Source: Takakia lepidozioides
Lineage: Eukaryota > Plantae > Bryophyta
Assembly: GCA_030704615.1 (NCBI GenBank)
Contig: JAKLZA010000023.1
Span: forward strand, 1 to 64,000
DNA: 64,000 bases
Direction: 5' to 3'
Below are positions 1-12,960 of the stretch, piece by piece. Numbering within the stretch: the stretch's first letter is position 1; each line of letters opens with the position of its first letter. Position numbers and translations under genes: made by a program. A model generated the notes under the pieces. It was not told the DNA's origin and ran no database searches. It worked only from the letters and a program-made list of their open reading frames with translations.

Positions 1-139
1 TTGATGATACACATAAGTAATGTAAGCCATTTAATGTATTTGCATAAGGTCTTGCAAGATGTGCGCTTTCATTCATTTTGCATCTTCTTCAAACTTTGAG
101 GGCATTGCCAAATGTCTACACCAAAATATGCAAGTGCTT

Positions 140-3100
140 TCATGTCCACCTGATGCAAAAGTGGTTCGTTATCCTTGCAATGAAACAAGTGCATTATCCC
201 AAAACCTTGGTTATGCAATAGATTCAAACTTGTTCCGGGTTCAGTTTTTTTGGAGGATGATGGAGATGATGATGCCTCCACAGTGTTGCTTCCAGTTTTC
301 AATGACGGCCAAAAGCAATGGGGAGTTGTTTCCAGACACTTTCTCCAAGTACCGTGTCACAGGTACGAGCTATACACAGTCACATGATGAGAGGCACACT
401 ACTATTGCAAGAAAGAAAAACGATCAAGCTGCAACAAATGGGAGTTGTAAATTGAAGGAGGAGGTTGCAGATTCGGCGAGCTTGGGGTCTCATAATTCGG
501 ATTGTGTTGAGGTTTCTAAGAGTGTATTTTGTGGATCTCAACCTTCCTCATGTGCTCATACGGTCTTGCTTCACGACATGAAGCCTCGGAAAACTCCATT
601 GGACAACACCACGTCTGATTGTTGCGGAATCTGCGAGGGGTTTATCTTCATCTCCACGACTAGCAGGGGAGGCTACATCTGCATTTCCTTCTGGTGTGTG
701 TGTCCATTTTGAGTATCTTGGCCACTGCTCGGAGGAATGGATCAAAAGGAGAACTTTCTACCTTGGACTATAGTCACATTCCAGTGCATCGTGTTCGGTG
801 TTCCTCGAGCTTTTGATGGAAAAGTGATCCACGAACTCCCCCCCGTGGTCAAACTACGTACGGACCGTGGTTCACAGTCCCTCCAAGGCATGGACCGCAA
901 GTTTGATGGTCATCCTTGGTGCAAGACCAATACTACAATATGTCTGGTGTTCCAGATCATGTGAAATGTAGTAAGGTTCTTTGTGTGTTGGAAAGCTCAT
1001 ATGTCAAAGCAGCACTTGCCCCTTCTTCAAGAAAGAAGGAGAACGGAATGACCGCTATTGGAAGGCAATGCAGACAAGGTGTTCATTGCAGAAGCCCAAG
1101 TTCCATTCAACCAGTTCAAGTGTAGTTTCTGCAAAAGAAAGACCTTTCTATGAGGCGCATTGTGGGGCAAGAATGTACTATGTCACAAGTTCCATTCCAA
1201 CATATCACGTGTTGCAGTTCACGTGGGTTTCATAACCATCCATGTGCCAAGGGCGAGAGAGAGAATAGGGCTGCGGCGGAAAATGCATCAAGCATGATTC
1301 AAGAGCACGTTAAGATGAAGCCATGGTCGACCCCGGGAGCATTTCCTTGTCAATGGCCAAAAGCTCTTGATTGATCGAGTTCTTGTGGCTGATGGCACAT
1401 AGAGACAGTACGTCTTGAGGGAGAGGCTTTGGAAGATATTCTTGAAGAGGTTTGCCCATGTTTGTAGCCCCAATGTGAAAAACAAGGTCGCATCTGCACG
1501 TGTCAATTCCATCATGTCCATATTGGAGTTGAAGCGTCTGAGTACATACCATTTCATTCACAACAATCTCCTTCCAGGCCAGCATACTTCTCATCTCCCC
1601 CATGTTTTCAAGATGTCTGTTGCTGGTCCGGGAGTGGTGTTGATCTTGTGCGTCGCATGAGTGAGGGGGATCTACGCACAAGTGGGGTAGTATTTGACCA
1701 TGTCAAACGCATCAAGGATTGGACAACTCTTGCGTGTCATGTCTATGAACCATATGTCAAGCGAATGATGACCATTGCCATTTGCGATATGAAAACAGAG
1801 GATGCAGATGCTCAGGTGTTATTCTGGGAGATGATCAATGAACAAACAAAAACTTGCTGGCTTGAACAAACCAAATTTGCTGGCTTCATGGCGGATGCAG
1901 CAGGAGCGAATTGGGCTGCTGTTCGAAGGGTTTATGGATCTGATCCCAATGTCCCAATGGAAGGTAAAGAAAGAACATGTTATATATTGGGCTGAAGCCT
2001 CCGAAGACACACCAACGACTATTTATCTTGGAGGACTTCGTGAAAGGCACACTCAGCTCTGTTATGAATGGAAAGATAGTGCTACCTTGGAGGATGCTAC
2101 AACCACATACATTGCAATTCGGGCTGGTGGCTCTCTTCAGGAGCATGCACAGAAAGAGTCTGCCAAAACTGGATTCATGGCTTGCATGGTGGCACTACAG
2201 ATATCGAATGTGGGGCCAATGGATGAGAGAGGACATGGATGGGAGGCTGATGCAGATATGCCTACCACTAATTTGTCTGAGGCAGTCCATTCTGCTTGGT
2301 GGAAGACAGCAGGCAATGGGAAAAAAATGAAGGTGGATCTATATGAGGCCACCATGCATGACTGTCACGAGCTCTTTTGCAGCAGGCAACATTTTACAGG
2401 CACACCACAGGAAAGACATGGGGGATGGGGCCCGACAAAGAGGAGCTCATGTTGGCGTCAGCAGCTAGATCTATAGCCCAGCAAAAATGGGTTTAAGGTG
2501 TACGTGGCATAGTAGCTGGAACACCCATGCACACAAGGGGGGTTCAATTGGAGGGAGACAATTGCATATTCTAGTCAACAAGAAGTTAGGCGATGAGCAT
2601 GGTGGGCCAAAGTGCGAATCTTGGAGGTGTGATATGAATGTAAAGACTGTTCTAGTGCGCGCCACTGGGATGCCCAGTCCACACCAGCCATCTAGGTTTG
2701 TCAGCTCCAAAAAATCAGAGATCATGACATTTCACTGTTGTTTTCTGGTTTCTTCGACTTTCTATGAGACAAATCCACATGTTGCTCTACCTCCTCAGCC
2801 AATGCAATGGGGGAAATCAGTGAGAGAGACACAAACTTTTCCGATGCATTGTTACAGGATTCAGCGGACGGTCCGCTTCCATGGTCGTTGTTCTGCCTTT
2901 TGGTTGGAGTTTCAAGAAATGCAAAGCGCTCATCAGGAAAGGTAAAGGAAGTCCTGCACCTTGCTTCACTGGCAAGTTACTAGCACCGAACTGAAAGAAC
3001 CAAAACTGCAAGTTTTTGGTTTTGCCCCACAGTGTTTTGTCGTGTGTTAGAGGGGACCGTGCATCCTATTGCTTGGGAAAACCGAGGTAACCTAACGTTG

Positions 3101-3690
3101 TGGCCTGTGAAGGTTGGAACCAAACTTACACAAGAAGAGGTGGACAAAAATTTGACTCCTTGCAGGTTTTCGACTAGTACCATCCTCCAAACGTTCCTGA
3201 TCCGAACTTTCCTGGGGGACCACTTCCAGTGGAACAAGTACTTCATCACGGTGTTGTCCTTTCTTGTGGGTAAGTATCCACTACACGACTATGGGTTGCG
3301 CATTCGGCGTCGGGGGGATCCGACTCCGCGACACTTGACTGTCGCCAAGAGTAAGCGGAGACTCTTATTGCGGAGGTTCGTGGGATTCAGAAACGTGCCT
3401 CAGCCAGGGTTAGGTTATGGGAGAATTTACCAGCTACGACAACGAGGGATCTATCAGAGGCAGGATTGGGTTAACAATGTATACATTGGTCAGTTTCCAT
3501 CTTGTGATTGTCCCGACTTTGATGAGCTATCTGTCAAGAAGAAAAAAACAAACATATCTACCTTGTAAGCACATGTACTTCATGTACAACGTGCATCTAG
3601 GATGCGCCGGGCTTATGAGATCCACCAACCTTCCCTTAGCCAGTTAGAGGTTAGGGCTATGCTAAAGAAGGACCCTAGTTCAACTTCTTA
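140..3690 (+). pseudogene. Decayed MULE (Mutator-like) transposase with Cys/His N-terminal DNA-binding region and C-terminal SWIM finger; start approximate
   Basis: Frameshifted pieces on + give GMDRKFDGHPWCKT..CVGKLICQSSTCPF..CGARMYYV..GFHNHP, then a DDE core (TTLACHVYEP..AICDMKTEDADAQ..FAGFMADAAGANWAAVRRVY..ERTC), then SWIM (FPSCDCPDF..LPCKHMYFMY at about 3495-3590). Confidence 0.7.
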
Positions 3691-3780
3691 GTGACACATG
3701 AAATGCACAAAAAAAGAACCTCTAACTTGTGCCGTTCATTTTCATGCATGTGACATGTAATTATCTGTTACTACTTTATT

Positions 3781-3975
3781 CCAAACATGACACATAGCAT
3801 TTGTTAGTACAGAAGTTCCTATTTTGGTTAAAATGGAACTTGTGTACCTGTCATACAAGTTTTCAAATTATACGAACTGCTTGGCATTACAAACAGACAA
3901 TGTGTGGTTCCAAACATGACACATATGCATTTGTTAGTACAAAAAGTCCATATTTTGGTTAATATGAAACTGTTT
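3781..3975. repeat. Two copies of a direct repeat about 128 bp apart in the AT-rich spacer after the MULE transposase
   Basis: CCAAACATGACACATA(T)GCATTTGTTAGTACA..TATTTTGGTTAA occurs at about 3781 and about 3910. Confidence 0.8.
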
Positions 3976-6101
3976 TCCTTGAATACAAGTTTGCAAACTA
4001 TTACTTTGCCAGGGATCTTGTATTCTCTTCAGTTTAAGGTGGTGCATTAGTTGGAGTTAGTGGTCACATGCATCTTTGACCATTGACTACTGATTTTGTT
4101 AGCTAAGATTTTTATTTTATTTTTTTCTATATACATATGATGTAACATTTGCATATGCAATAAATACGTCATATTCTATGCTATATAACTCCACTGCATA
4201 CAATCTATAATGTGTGCATACAAATTTGTCACAGCATATATATAATAAGAGATTTTGTGCATGCATGTACGCAACCTGTGCATATGAAATAGCAACCCCC
4301 GTCACCCGAAAGTATCTTGACCGAATCCATGTCCGAAAGAAAACACAAGTCCCAGCGTTTTTACCCTACAGCTGTAGAGCACTCCGTCTTTTTGTTGTCT
4401 CCGTCCTCGGTGGCACCTTCAGTGTGCTCAGTGACTTCGACTGTGCACAGCTCCTTAAGCTCCCTTCGAGGCCTAGTCCATCGCCTTCTTGTACCATCTT
4501 GCAGCAGATCTTGCCTGCTGCTTCTGTTTTTCAACGTGCAGCTTGGAAGTCCATAACTATACGCGCATTGCTCTTCTAGGAATTGTGAGGTCTTCTTGGC
4601 ATTGTTCTCTTGCCCGAGTTTCACCTTCACCCATCTTGAAACGTGATTGATGACGATCATTGCATGTGTATTGTCCGTTTTGTTGCATAGCAATGGTGAT
4701 GTTTTGTTCAGGGCTACTTGGCATAGACACAACCCGCGTACTGGTGCTTTGTTTAGACAGGTTCCTCTCCACCCAATGGCCCTGCGATTTTGGCTGGTTG
4801 AGCATATTTCTCGATTCGTTGGTAAGTCGAGCTTTCTTCCTTCCATTTGCTTTCATGCGTTTTTGTGTGCGCCCGACACTTTTCCTCCCATGTGCACTGG
4901 CCACAGATAAACGCAGATGGTAGTTCCTCCGCTCCTCTACATTCTTCTGTCACAGAGCACACAATCGCATTTGTAATCCAACTGTCACAGCTGCGCCCCG
5001 GACGTTCTTCTCTTCATCCCGTGTGCTGCTTGATCTTGACGCTTCTTGGTTTTGGCCTTCAGTGCTTGTCGACCCTTTTTTGCTTCCACTTGTAGTTGCA
5101 TTTCCGCTTGCGAGATTTTGCCCTGGCTGCTTGCCTTCCTGCTCTCCTTGTATAATCATCCTCTTCACTAGTTGTGAATCATACCCAAGTGCCTTTGAAT
5201 GCACCTTTCCTTTACGTCTTTCATCGTGTTGGAACCATGTTGATTCCGGGCAGGTCTCTCTCCTCATTCATCACATGTCGCTGCTCCTTGTCAGCCAGCA
5301 TACATCGGCAAATATTCCATGCTTCCATCATGTTGCTCCACTTACTCATATCTTCAATTGCAGTGGTAGCTGCTTCGCTTGCCCCTTGTATGATCTAGTA
5401 AGAAGATGATAATTTCCAGGGATGTTGTAATATTTGAGGAGAATTGGAAGAATCCCCGTCAACTACCAGGGAAGACTCCAGCGATTGCAGTGCACCTATT
5501 ATTTTGGAGGATTATGAGATTGAAGAGTTGCCACTGAGACCGAGGAAACTCAAACACAGTTGGAAGAACCAACGGAAGTCAATGAAGAGCCAGAACAGCT
5601 GTTAGGTGAAATGAGATCTACACGGATCAAGAAGCACCAACAGATTGCTCTCTGATGAATATTTTGCATGTTCAGCTAGTGTTCTTGAGAAGCCAACGAG
5701 CATGGAGGAAGCAATGGCCGGACCACATGCAAAACATCGAGAGAAAGCTGCGCAGGAAGAACTAGAGTCTATTCAGAAGAATCAGACTTGGAAATTGGTG
5801 AAGTTGCCAACAGGGAGGAAAGCCATTGGATCAAAAGTATTTTGAATCAAAGAAAATCTAATGGAGAGGTTGATAGATTCAAAGCCAGATTGGTGGCCAA
5901 GGGTTACGCTCAAACACTAGGGATCGATTACCGGAGACTTACACTCTAGTGATAAAATTGGAATCTATGAGGACTTTGTTGGCAGTGGGAGCTATTCTTG
6001 ACTTTGAGATCCACCATATGGATGTGAAATCACCATTCTTGAACGGCGAGTTAGAAGAAGAAGTGTACATGGAACAACCATCAGGATTTGAAGCACTAGA
6101 G

Positions 6102-6786
6102 GGGTGATTGCAACCTATAGTGTCCATTTTTTGCTGTCACATCACTGTTTTTTCCAGACATAGAATAGTGGTAAATTATCATACTCCTACATGACAATGC
6201 CATCAATAAAAAGGGACTAATATATAGAGGCTCATCTACATATACTTTCACACTTTTAATTCTCATTATCAAAAACCAGAATCTCTAGATGCTATGGACT
6301 TTTAAAAAGTCCATAAGGAATTGTCACAGTCCATAAAAAAATACGTTATGGACTTTTTTAATATAGGAGTTAGAACAAAGTCAAGAAAAAAGACTCTCTC
6401 AACTTTGCTTTGGAAAATGAGGAATCTGGAATGAAAACTATCATTCAAAAATATGAAGTTAAAAAAACATTATTATATTGAGCTTCAAAAATAGCTATTT
6501 TCATAAAGTCATTTATGACTAAATTCTTTTGAAATAACAATTTTTTTTTCATTAGACGCATTCATTCACCATAAATGCAGAGTTGATTATGATCAAATTT
6601 CAAAAACATATTTGTGAATTGATGTTATCCCAATTTGAAAATCTTGGTTTTAACAGTCAATAATAGACGGTCAAGATTGTCAGTTGAAGCAAATCCGATG
6701 GTTGAGGATTCACCACATCCTCTTTTATGTACTCTTTATGTATTCATGATCTGCCCTTTTTGGTCCACTCTAGTTTGCAATCACCC
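6102..6786. mobile_element. Non-autonomous TIR element, GGG..CCC termini, 4-bp TSD AGAG (Sola2-like signature)
   Basis: Left end GGGTGATTGCAACCTATAGTGTCCA; right end reverse-complemented GGGTGATTGCAAACTAGAGTGGACCA. AGAG lies at 6098-6101 and 6787-6790. Removing the element and one TSD restores RT in frame (PSGFEALEGKHLVCKLLKSLYGLKQAPR). Confidence 0.88.
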
Positions 6787-7799
6787 AGAGGGTAAGCATC
6801 TCGTGTGTAAGCTTCTTAAATCGTTATATGGGTTGAAACAAGCTCCTAGGGTGGCATCGAAAAATCAATGATTTTCTCAAAAGACTAGGGTTTTGAGCAG
6901 TCACAAATGGACAACGGTGTGTATGTTTTCGAGAAAAAAGAGAAGACACTCCTCGTGGGGTTACATGTAGATGACATGATGATTTTGGGAAACAATGCAA
7001 AAATGATGATGGTATTCAAAAGATTGATGTGTGAGGGATTCGAAATGATTGATGTTGGTGAAATTGAGTACTATCTCGGAATTCAGGTTATCAGAAATAG
7101 GGGGAAGAAATCAATACATCTCAATCAGGAGAAGTATATGAAGGAGCTATCCAAAAAGTTTGGAATGGCTGATTGTAAGCCAATTGGTACTCCAATGGAC
7201 CTTGGACTGACATTTGTCAAAGGAGTCGAAGTGAAATCTGACGAAGAAGAGGAGAGTTTCTGGGAATGCCATACAGAGAAGTAATAGGCAGTTTGATGTA
7301 TCCAATGATAGGCACTCGACCAGATATTGCTGCAGTAATCAGTATCTTGAGCAGGTACTGTGATGAGCATTGGGTAGCTGTGAAACATGTTATGAGGTAT
7401 TTACAGGCAACACAACTACTATTACATGGGAAGTAAAGATGAGGGTGTTATTCTGTCCGGATTCTATGACGCTGATTGGGCTGGGGATGTTGAAACAAGA
7501 AGATCAACAACAGATTATTCTTACCTTCTTGGTGGAGGAGCTATTGCTTAGAATAACAAACAACAAGCTACAGTGGCTCTATTAAGCACGGAAGCAGAGT
7601 ACATGTCGGCTACACATGCGTCAAATGAAGCTATTTGGCTGAGACAGTTGTTGGAGGATGTCGGTTCTTTACAACAAGAAGTAACACAGATTCAAACGAC
7701 AATCAGGAAGTTTGGCTTTGATGACGAATCTAGTTCACCATAGCCAAACTAAACACATAGATGTGTAGTACCATTTTATTCGAGAAGTCATTAGTTCTG

Positions 7800-9460
7800 G
7801 GGTAAGTGCAGACTACACTAGCTCAAAAGCGGCAGATGTGCCCTCCACTAAAAGTCCATAAGAAAAAATTAATTATATTTTAATTAAGGATATTGTTCAA
7901 ATATATTTTTATCTTCATAGGTAATTGTATACTAATCATATTTAGTAAATGGTCTCACCCCAAATATTTGAGATATTTTTATTATAATATTTTAAAAATA
8001 CTAATAGCTATTTATTATTATCTGTAGTTTATGAAAATTTTCCATATAACAATAAGCTCCTAGAGACAATAACAATATATATATTCTTAGCAAAGATCTC
8101 CACCCAAATATGAAATTTTCAAAATGCTATGGATAAATCGTCATTTTGGGGGTTTTTTGGATTAAAACGTCCATAGTGTCTTGATAGATGGATGGAATTG
8201 TTCACAAATTTGTGTCTATTCCAGTGTTGGGCGGTTCTTGCATTTGTGAAGGAACCTTCGGTTCCGGTTCCAAAATTATTTCAAGAGTTCCGGATCCGGT
8301 TCCGGTTTTTTTTTTATTGAGCCGGTTCCGGTCCGGTTCCGGATCCAACTTTTTAAACATGGGGGCGGTTCCGGTTACCGGTTAGTTGCTGATAAAAACC
8401 ATCGGTTCCGGTTAGGTTCCGGTTCTATTTTAAAAATATATTTGTTTAATTTAATTAGATTTAAAATATTTTATCAGTCCGGTAGATTAAATAGCAGTGT
8501 ATTCACATATTTGAACTAAAATCCAACGATTTTGTTAGTTTTCACTAACACAAAAAAAAAAAACAAACAAAAATACTCTAAATAAACTGGTAGAAGAAAA
8601 TGGGTAAAATTTTATGGGTTGAAAGTACTATTCAACTACCTGGCAAGTATTGGCATCTTCAAACATTTTATTAATGAACTTAGCCAGGATATCATGGAGC
8701 TGGAGATTGAACCCAAGATCTCATGGCGCTGAAGCATTGAACATAGAATCTCATGGCCTTCAAGCATTGAACCCAGGATCTCAGGAGCTTAAGAGCATTA
8801 AATAAGTTTTTCCCTGGGCCCACCAGCCCCACCAAGAGGTCAAGAACCAAGAACCGGACTTAGAAGCGCTTTGGTAGGTACTGGAGACATTTAGGGCTAC
8901 AGCCCACGGGTGACCGGAACCGGAACCGGAACCGCTTTGGAGCTAGAACCGCCGGTTCCCACACAAGCTGGAACCGCCGGTTCCAGTTCCCACACAATCC
9001 CCAATGAGCGGTTCCGGTTCCGGTTCTGCACAGGCGGGTCCGGTTCCGGTCCGGTTCCACATAACTGGAACCGGAACCGGCGGTTACCCGGGGCCCAGGC
9101 GGGTAACCGCCCAACACTGGTCCCTATTCAAACATTGTGTATCTAGTTGTAAAGTCCATATATGAATTGGTTGTGCAACAAATAGGGTTTTCAGATGGAA
9201 TTTGGGACAATAGATGGACTGTGACATTCCATTGGAATTCCCTACAAAAGTCCATAGCTTCATGAGATTTCATCCAAATTCCAAAATAATTGTACCCACA
9301 TGTATATATGGTAAGTGGCTATCCCATTCTAAGTCCATTTGCTATGAATATATAACTTATGTGTATAGGGTGAAGAATAATATAACAAGCAGTCAGTCAA
9401 AAACTGCAAATTGTCCTCAAATTGTAGTCCAAACTGAGCCACTCTAGTCTGCATCTACCC
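7800..9460. mobile_element. Second related TIR element, GGG..CCC termini, 4-bp TSD TCTG
   Basis: Left end GGGTAAGTGCAGACTACACTAGCTC; right end reverse-complemented GGGTAGATGCAGACTAGAGTGGCTC. TCTG lies at 7796-7799 and 9461-9464. Removal restores RNase H (REVISSGKIIFCYCRTDDMAADILTKPL). Confidence 0.88.
8222..9119. mobile_element. hAT-type MITE nested in the second 4-bp-TSD element
   Basis: 15-bp TIR CAGTGTTGGGCGGTT/AACCGCCCAACACTG. Flanks are GTCTATTC and GTCCCTATTC (an 8-bp TSD with a homopolymer indel). Dense subterminal GGTTCC/GGAACC repeats at both ends. Confidence 0.85.
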
Positions 9461-9594
9461 TCTGGCAAAATCATTTTTTGCTACTGTAGAACTGATGATA
9501 TGGCAGCTGATATTTTGACAAAGCCCCTTCCGAAACCCAAGCATTACAAACGCATGGACATGTTGGGAGTTCATAGTCTTTCGGCTGCCTGAGT

Positions 9595-12500
9595 AGGACT
9601 TCTTCTACACTCCCACTTAGTTAGGTCTTAATCAGTTTGTAAAGCCTCTTTGTATGTTCTTGAACTACTGTAGACTCAAGCTAAGGCCAAGCTGAGTAGT
9701 ACACTTCGAATGTTTGAGCTTTGGTAAACTCTTCGTCATGATATATACAACCATGTCGTCTGTAGCACAGTAAACTACGTTTACTTCTCCTTTGGCCATT
9801 ATCTCTCTTATGTAATGATGTTGCACTTGTATGTGCTTAGTCCTAGAATGATACTTAGGGTTTTGACTTAGTGCTATTGCACTCTGATTATCACAATACA
9901 TAGTTGTTGCTCCTGATTGCTTATGACCCAAGTCTCCTAATAACTTTCTTAACTACACAGCCTCTTTGGCCGCTTGAGTGGCTGCCATGTATTCCGCTTC
10001 CGTTGATGAAAGCACTATTGCAGTCTGTCTCTTGCTTGACCACGACACAACTCCACCTGCAAGAGTAAAACAATGTCCCGAGGTCAATCTCATGTTGTCG
10101 AAATCCCCTCCCCAATCAGCATCTGTATAGCCTTGCAGACTTGTTCTCCCATTTCCTTTGTAGAGTATCCCATCGTCGATGTTCCTTTGAGGTATCTGAA
10201 AATCCTCTTGACTGCTCTCCAATGGGTCTCACCAGGATTTGAAAGAAACTGTGACACTACTCCCACTGAGTATGCAATATCAGGTCTAGTGCAAGTCATG
10301 CAATACATTAAGCTACCCACGACACTCTGATATGGAACAAGCTTTATCATATCTTCTGTGTCTTTTTGAGTTTGAGGACACATCTGTATTGTGAGTTTTA
10401 GGCCTGCTTCTAGTGGAGTTGAGACTGCCTTACTCATTTCTAACTTATATTGCAGTAATTTAGTTTCAATGTACTTAGCTTGATGCATAAAAACAGTATG
10501 ATTTACTCTATCTCTACTGCTTTGTACGCCTTGAACCCATATCAGTCATGGAAAACTCCTTGGACAGTTTATCCTTAAACTACAGTAGTAATCATTGACC
10601 CATTGCTGACAGCACAACGTCATCCACATACAAGCCAATATTACCAATCGACTTCCTTGCGTAAGAATGTAGACGTTTGTATCTGCAACACTCTTCTTAA
10701 ATCCAGATATCAGAAGAAAAGTATCGATCTTTTCGTACCATGCTCTCGGAGACTGTTTGAGCCCGTAGATCCATTGAAATCTCATAAGATGTCTTGTCAG
10801 TAGATTGGAAGCTTGTCTGATGACTGGGTTCTTCTCCTACTCTTGGAAAAGCTGTACTTACTTCATCAAAGACTACATCCCTACTATGAAAGACAGTCTT
10901 TGTTTTCTCCTTAAGCAGTTTATAACCCTTAACTCCTTCAGTGTAACCTACGAAAAATGCACGCTTCACTTTTTGAATCCAATTTCTGTCTCTTCTCTTC
11001 TGGGATATGAGCATAGGCTCGATACCCAAACACCTTACAGTGCGATACACTTGGCTTCACACCTGTCCACATTTCTTCTGGAATCATTCCCGAGACTACT
11101 CTTGTAGGCGTTCTATTTTGAAGGTAGGTTGCAGTTCCCACTACTTTTGCCCAAAAAATAATTAGGCAAGTTAGCCTGCTTGAGCATGCTCCTAGCACAC
11201 TCTTGTAGAGACATGTTCTTCCGCTTCGCAACACCGTTTTGTTCAGGTGTGTAGGGAACCGTTAAATTTTGTCTCACTATCCTGATTTCTTTACAGAATT
11301 GGTTGAAGGCATTAGAAATGTATTCCCCTCCATTATCTGACCTCAGAGTTTTGAGGGTTTCCCTTGTTTGTTTCTCTGTAAGAACTTTGTATTCTTTAAA
11401 TTTATATCTAGAACTTGGTGTTTTTCTGCTTTAGAAAATTGACTGTTGTTCCTCTTGAAACAAGTAGTGGCTCCACCGAGCGACTTTGTCTGCATAGGGC
11501 CGCATAGGGCCGCACACATTGAGTGCACAACCTCCAACAGACTATTTGCACGTTGACCTCCATCTTTGGGAATTTTTGTCGGTGTTGTTTACCTTCTATA
11601 CAACCCTTAGACTCGTCTGCTCTACTTCCTTTAATGAGAGCCCTTCCACTAGCTTGCTGAAGTTCAGTGAGTTTCGGATTGAGAGATTCTCTATACGACC
11701 GAGGGAAGAATCTGTCGATGCCCATCACAAGATCGTTGCCACAGTTTCCAATACACGCGTGCAGAATTGAGTAACGTCTACCTACAGACAGACGTAATGT
11801 ACCTCGGCAGATCAAAAGGTATATTCCCTGGAACTCAGGCATCAAGGAAACATTGTAAAAATCACTACTGCGATAGGGAAAACGAAGGAGGGAAAGGGCT
11901 GGCCAAGAGCAGAAGATCCCTGCCACCCAGGTCCACGCCCATTGAGAGACAATGTGTGCGAGAGATCCTACCGAACATTGTGTCGATGGAGGCGAAGAAG
12001 AAAAAAAATTCCCCCACGCATGAGTAGTTCCTGCTTCCCTACTTCGACTTCTCAATTACCCTCAAATATTGGGACGGGCATTCAAAATAGTGCATGTGTC
12101 ATCCTCTGGAGGATCATGCAATGAGCCTGAATAAATTTGGACTGCCGCCATCACAGTCTTTGGAAAGTCGCGGACCTGCAAGACCTGTGTCTCTTCTCTT
12201 CTCTGCACTTTATCTCGCTGGTGTGCTCTCAGGTTGATCACTCTCTTGCGGCTGCGGCGCGGGGACACCCTTCTCCATCTCGTTTTTCTGTAATCCGGTA
12301 TTCTGCTCCCTCACTAGACTCATGTAGTCTCCACCTTCCACTGTCCCTGCTCGCCTCCCCGACATCTGCCACTTATTTTGTCACCATGGCTGGAGAGCTG
12401 AGGCTACCTCCTCCTCTGTCTTGCACAGCACATCCGGTCCACCAGCCACCGCACCACCAAATCACGTAATCAGATCCTATGCACATATCCCTCGTCCACT

Positions 12501-12960
12501 GTTCCCCTGAGGCTCCCCTCCTGCCATCGTTGTGTGTAGCTCCTCCCCGTGGGCGATCTTCGTCTTGCCTCCCTTCACAGACAGGTGACCTCCCCTCTAA
12601 CCGCTACTTCAATCTGTCGCCGAGTCCTCAGGCATCACATGGCAATCACCCCACTGTTATTTCCACCCAGAGGAGACCCAGAGCCCTCTACGCTTTACCC
12701 TTGGCACTTTGTCTAGCTCTAGGGGAGGGGGCGCGTGTGCTACCTTCTTTCGTGTCTCCGTCGTTTTGCGTTCAGTAGCCACCTCCCTCATTGAGTCTAC
12801 AGTTGGCAGCTCCAGCTGTGCTACTTCTTTAATTTGTCTGTGTTGTAGAACTCATGCAAGATCCCTACTGAAGTATCTTAGCATCAAAAATCTTGACATT
12901 GTACTTGCGTGTCGCGGTAATTCATCTGTATATTGTGCTGTGGTTCTTCTGCGATAGAGT
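9595..12960 (-). mobile_element. Second Ty1/Copia remnant (degenerate gag, integrase, internally deleted RT, RNase H, PPT)
   Basis: Minus strand: LRSDNGGEYIS and VPYTPEQNGVA (integrase); FVGYTEGVKGYKL..HSRDVVFDE fused at about 10800 directly to YGLKQSPRAWYEKID; GYTDADWGGD; STEAEYMAA; RTKHIQVQHHYIRE. PPT AAGTGGGAG followed by TGTAG at about 9605-9618. The 5' boundary is approximate. Confidence 0.88.

Larger units (their letters stand above)
5393..9592 (+). mobile_element. Ty1/Copia retrotransposon remnant (post-integrase region, RT, RNase H), interrupted by two DNA-transposon insertions
   Basis: ISRDVV; ELESIQKNQTWKLVKLPTGRKAIGSK; RFKARLVAKGYAQ; HHMDVKS; YGLKQAPR; LHVDDM; YDADWAGD; STEAEYMSA; DMAADILTKPL. 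No LTRs found. Confidence 0.92.
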
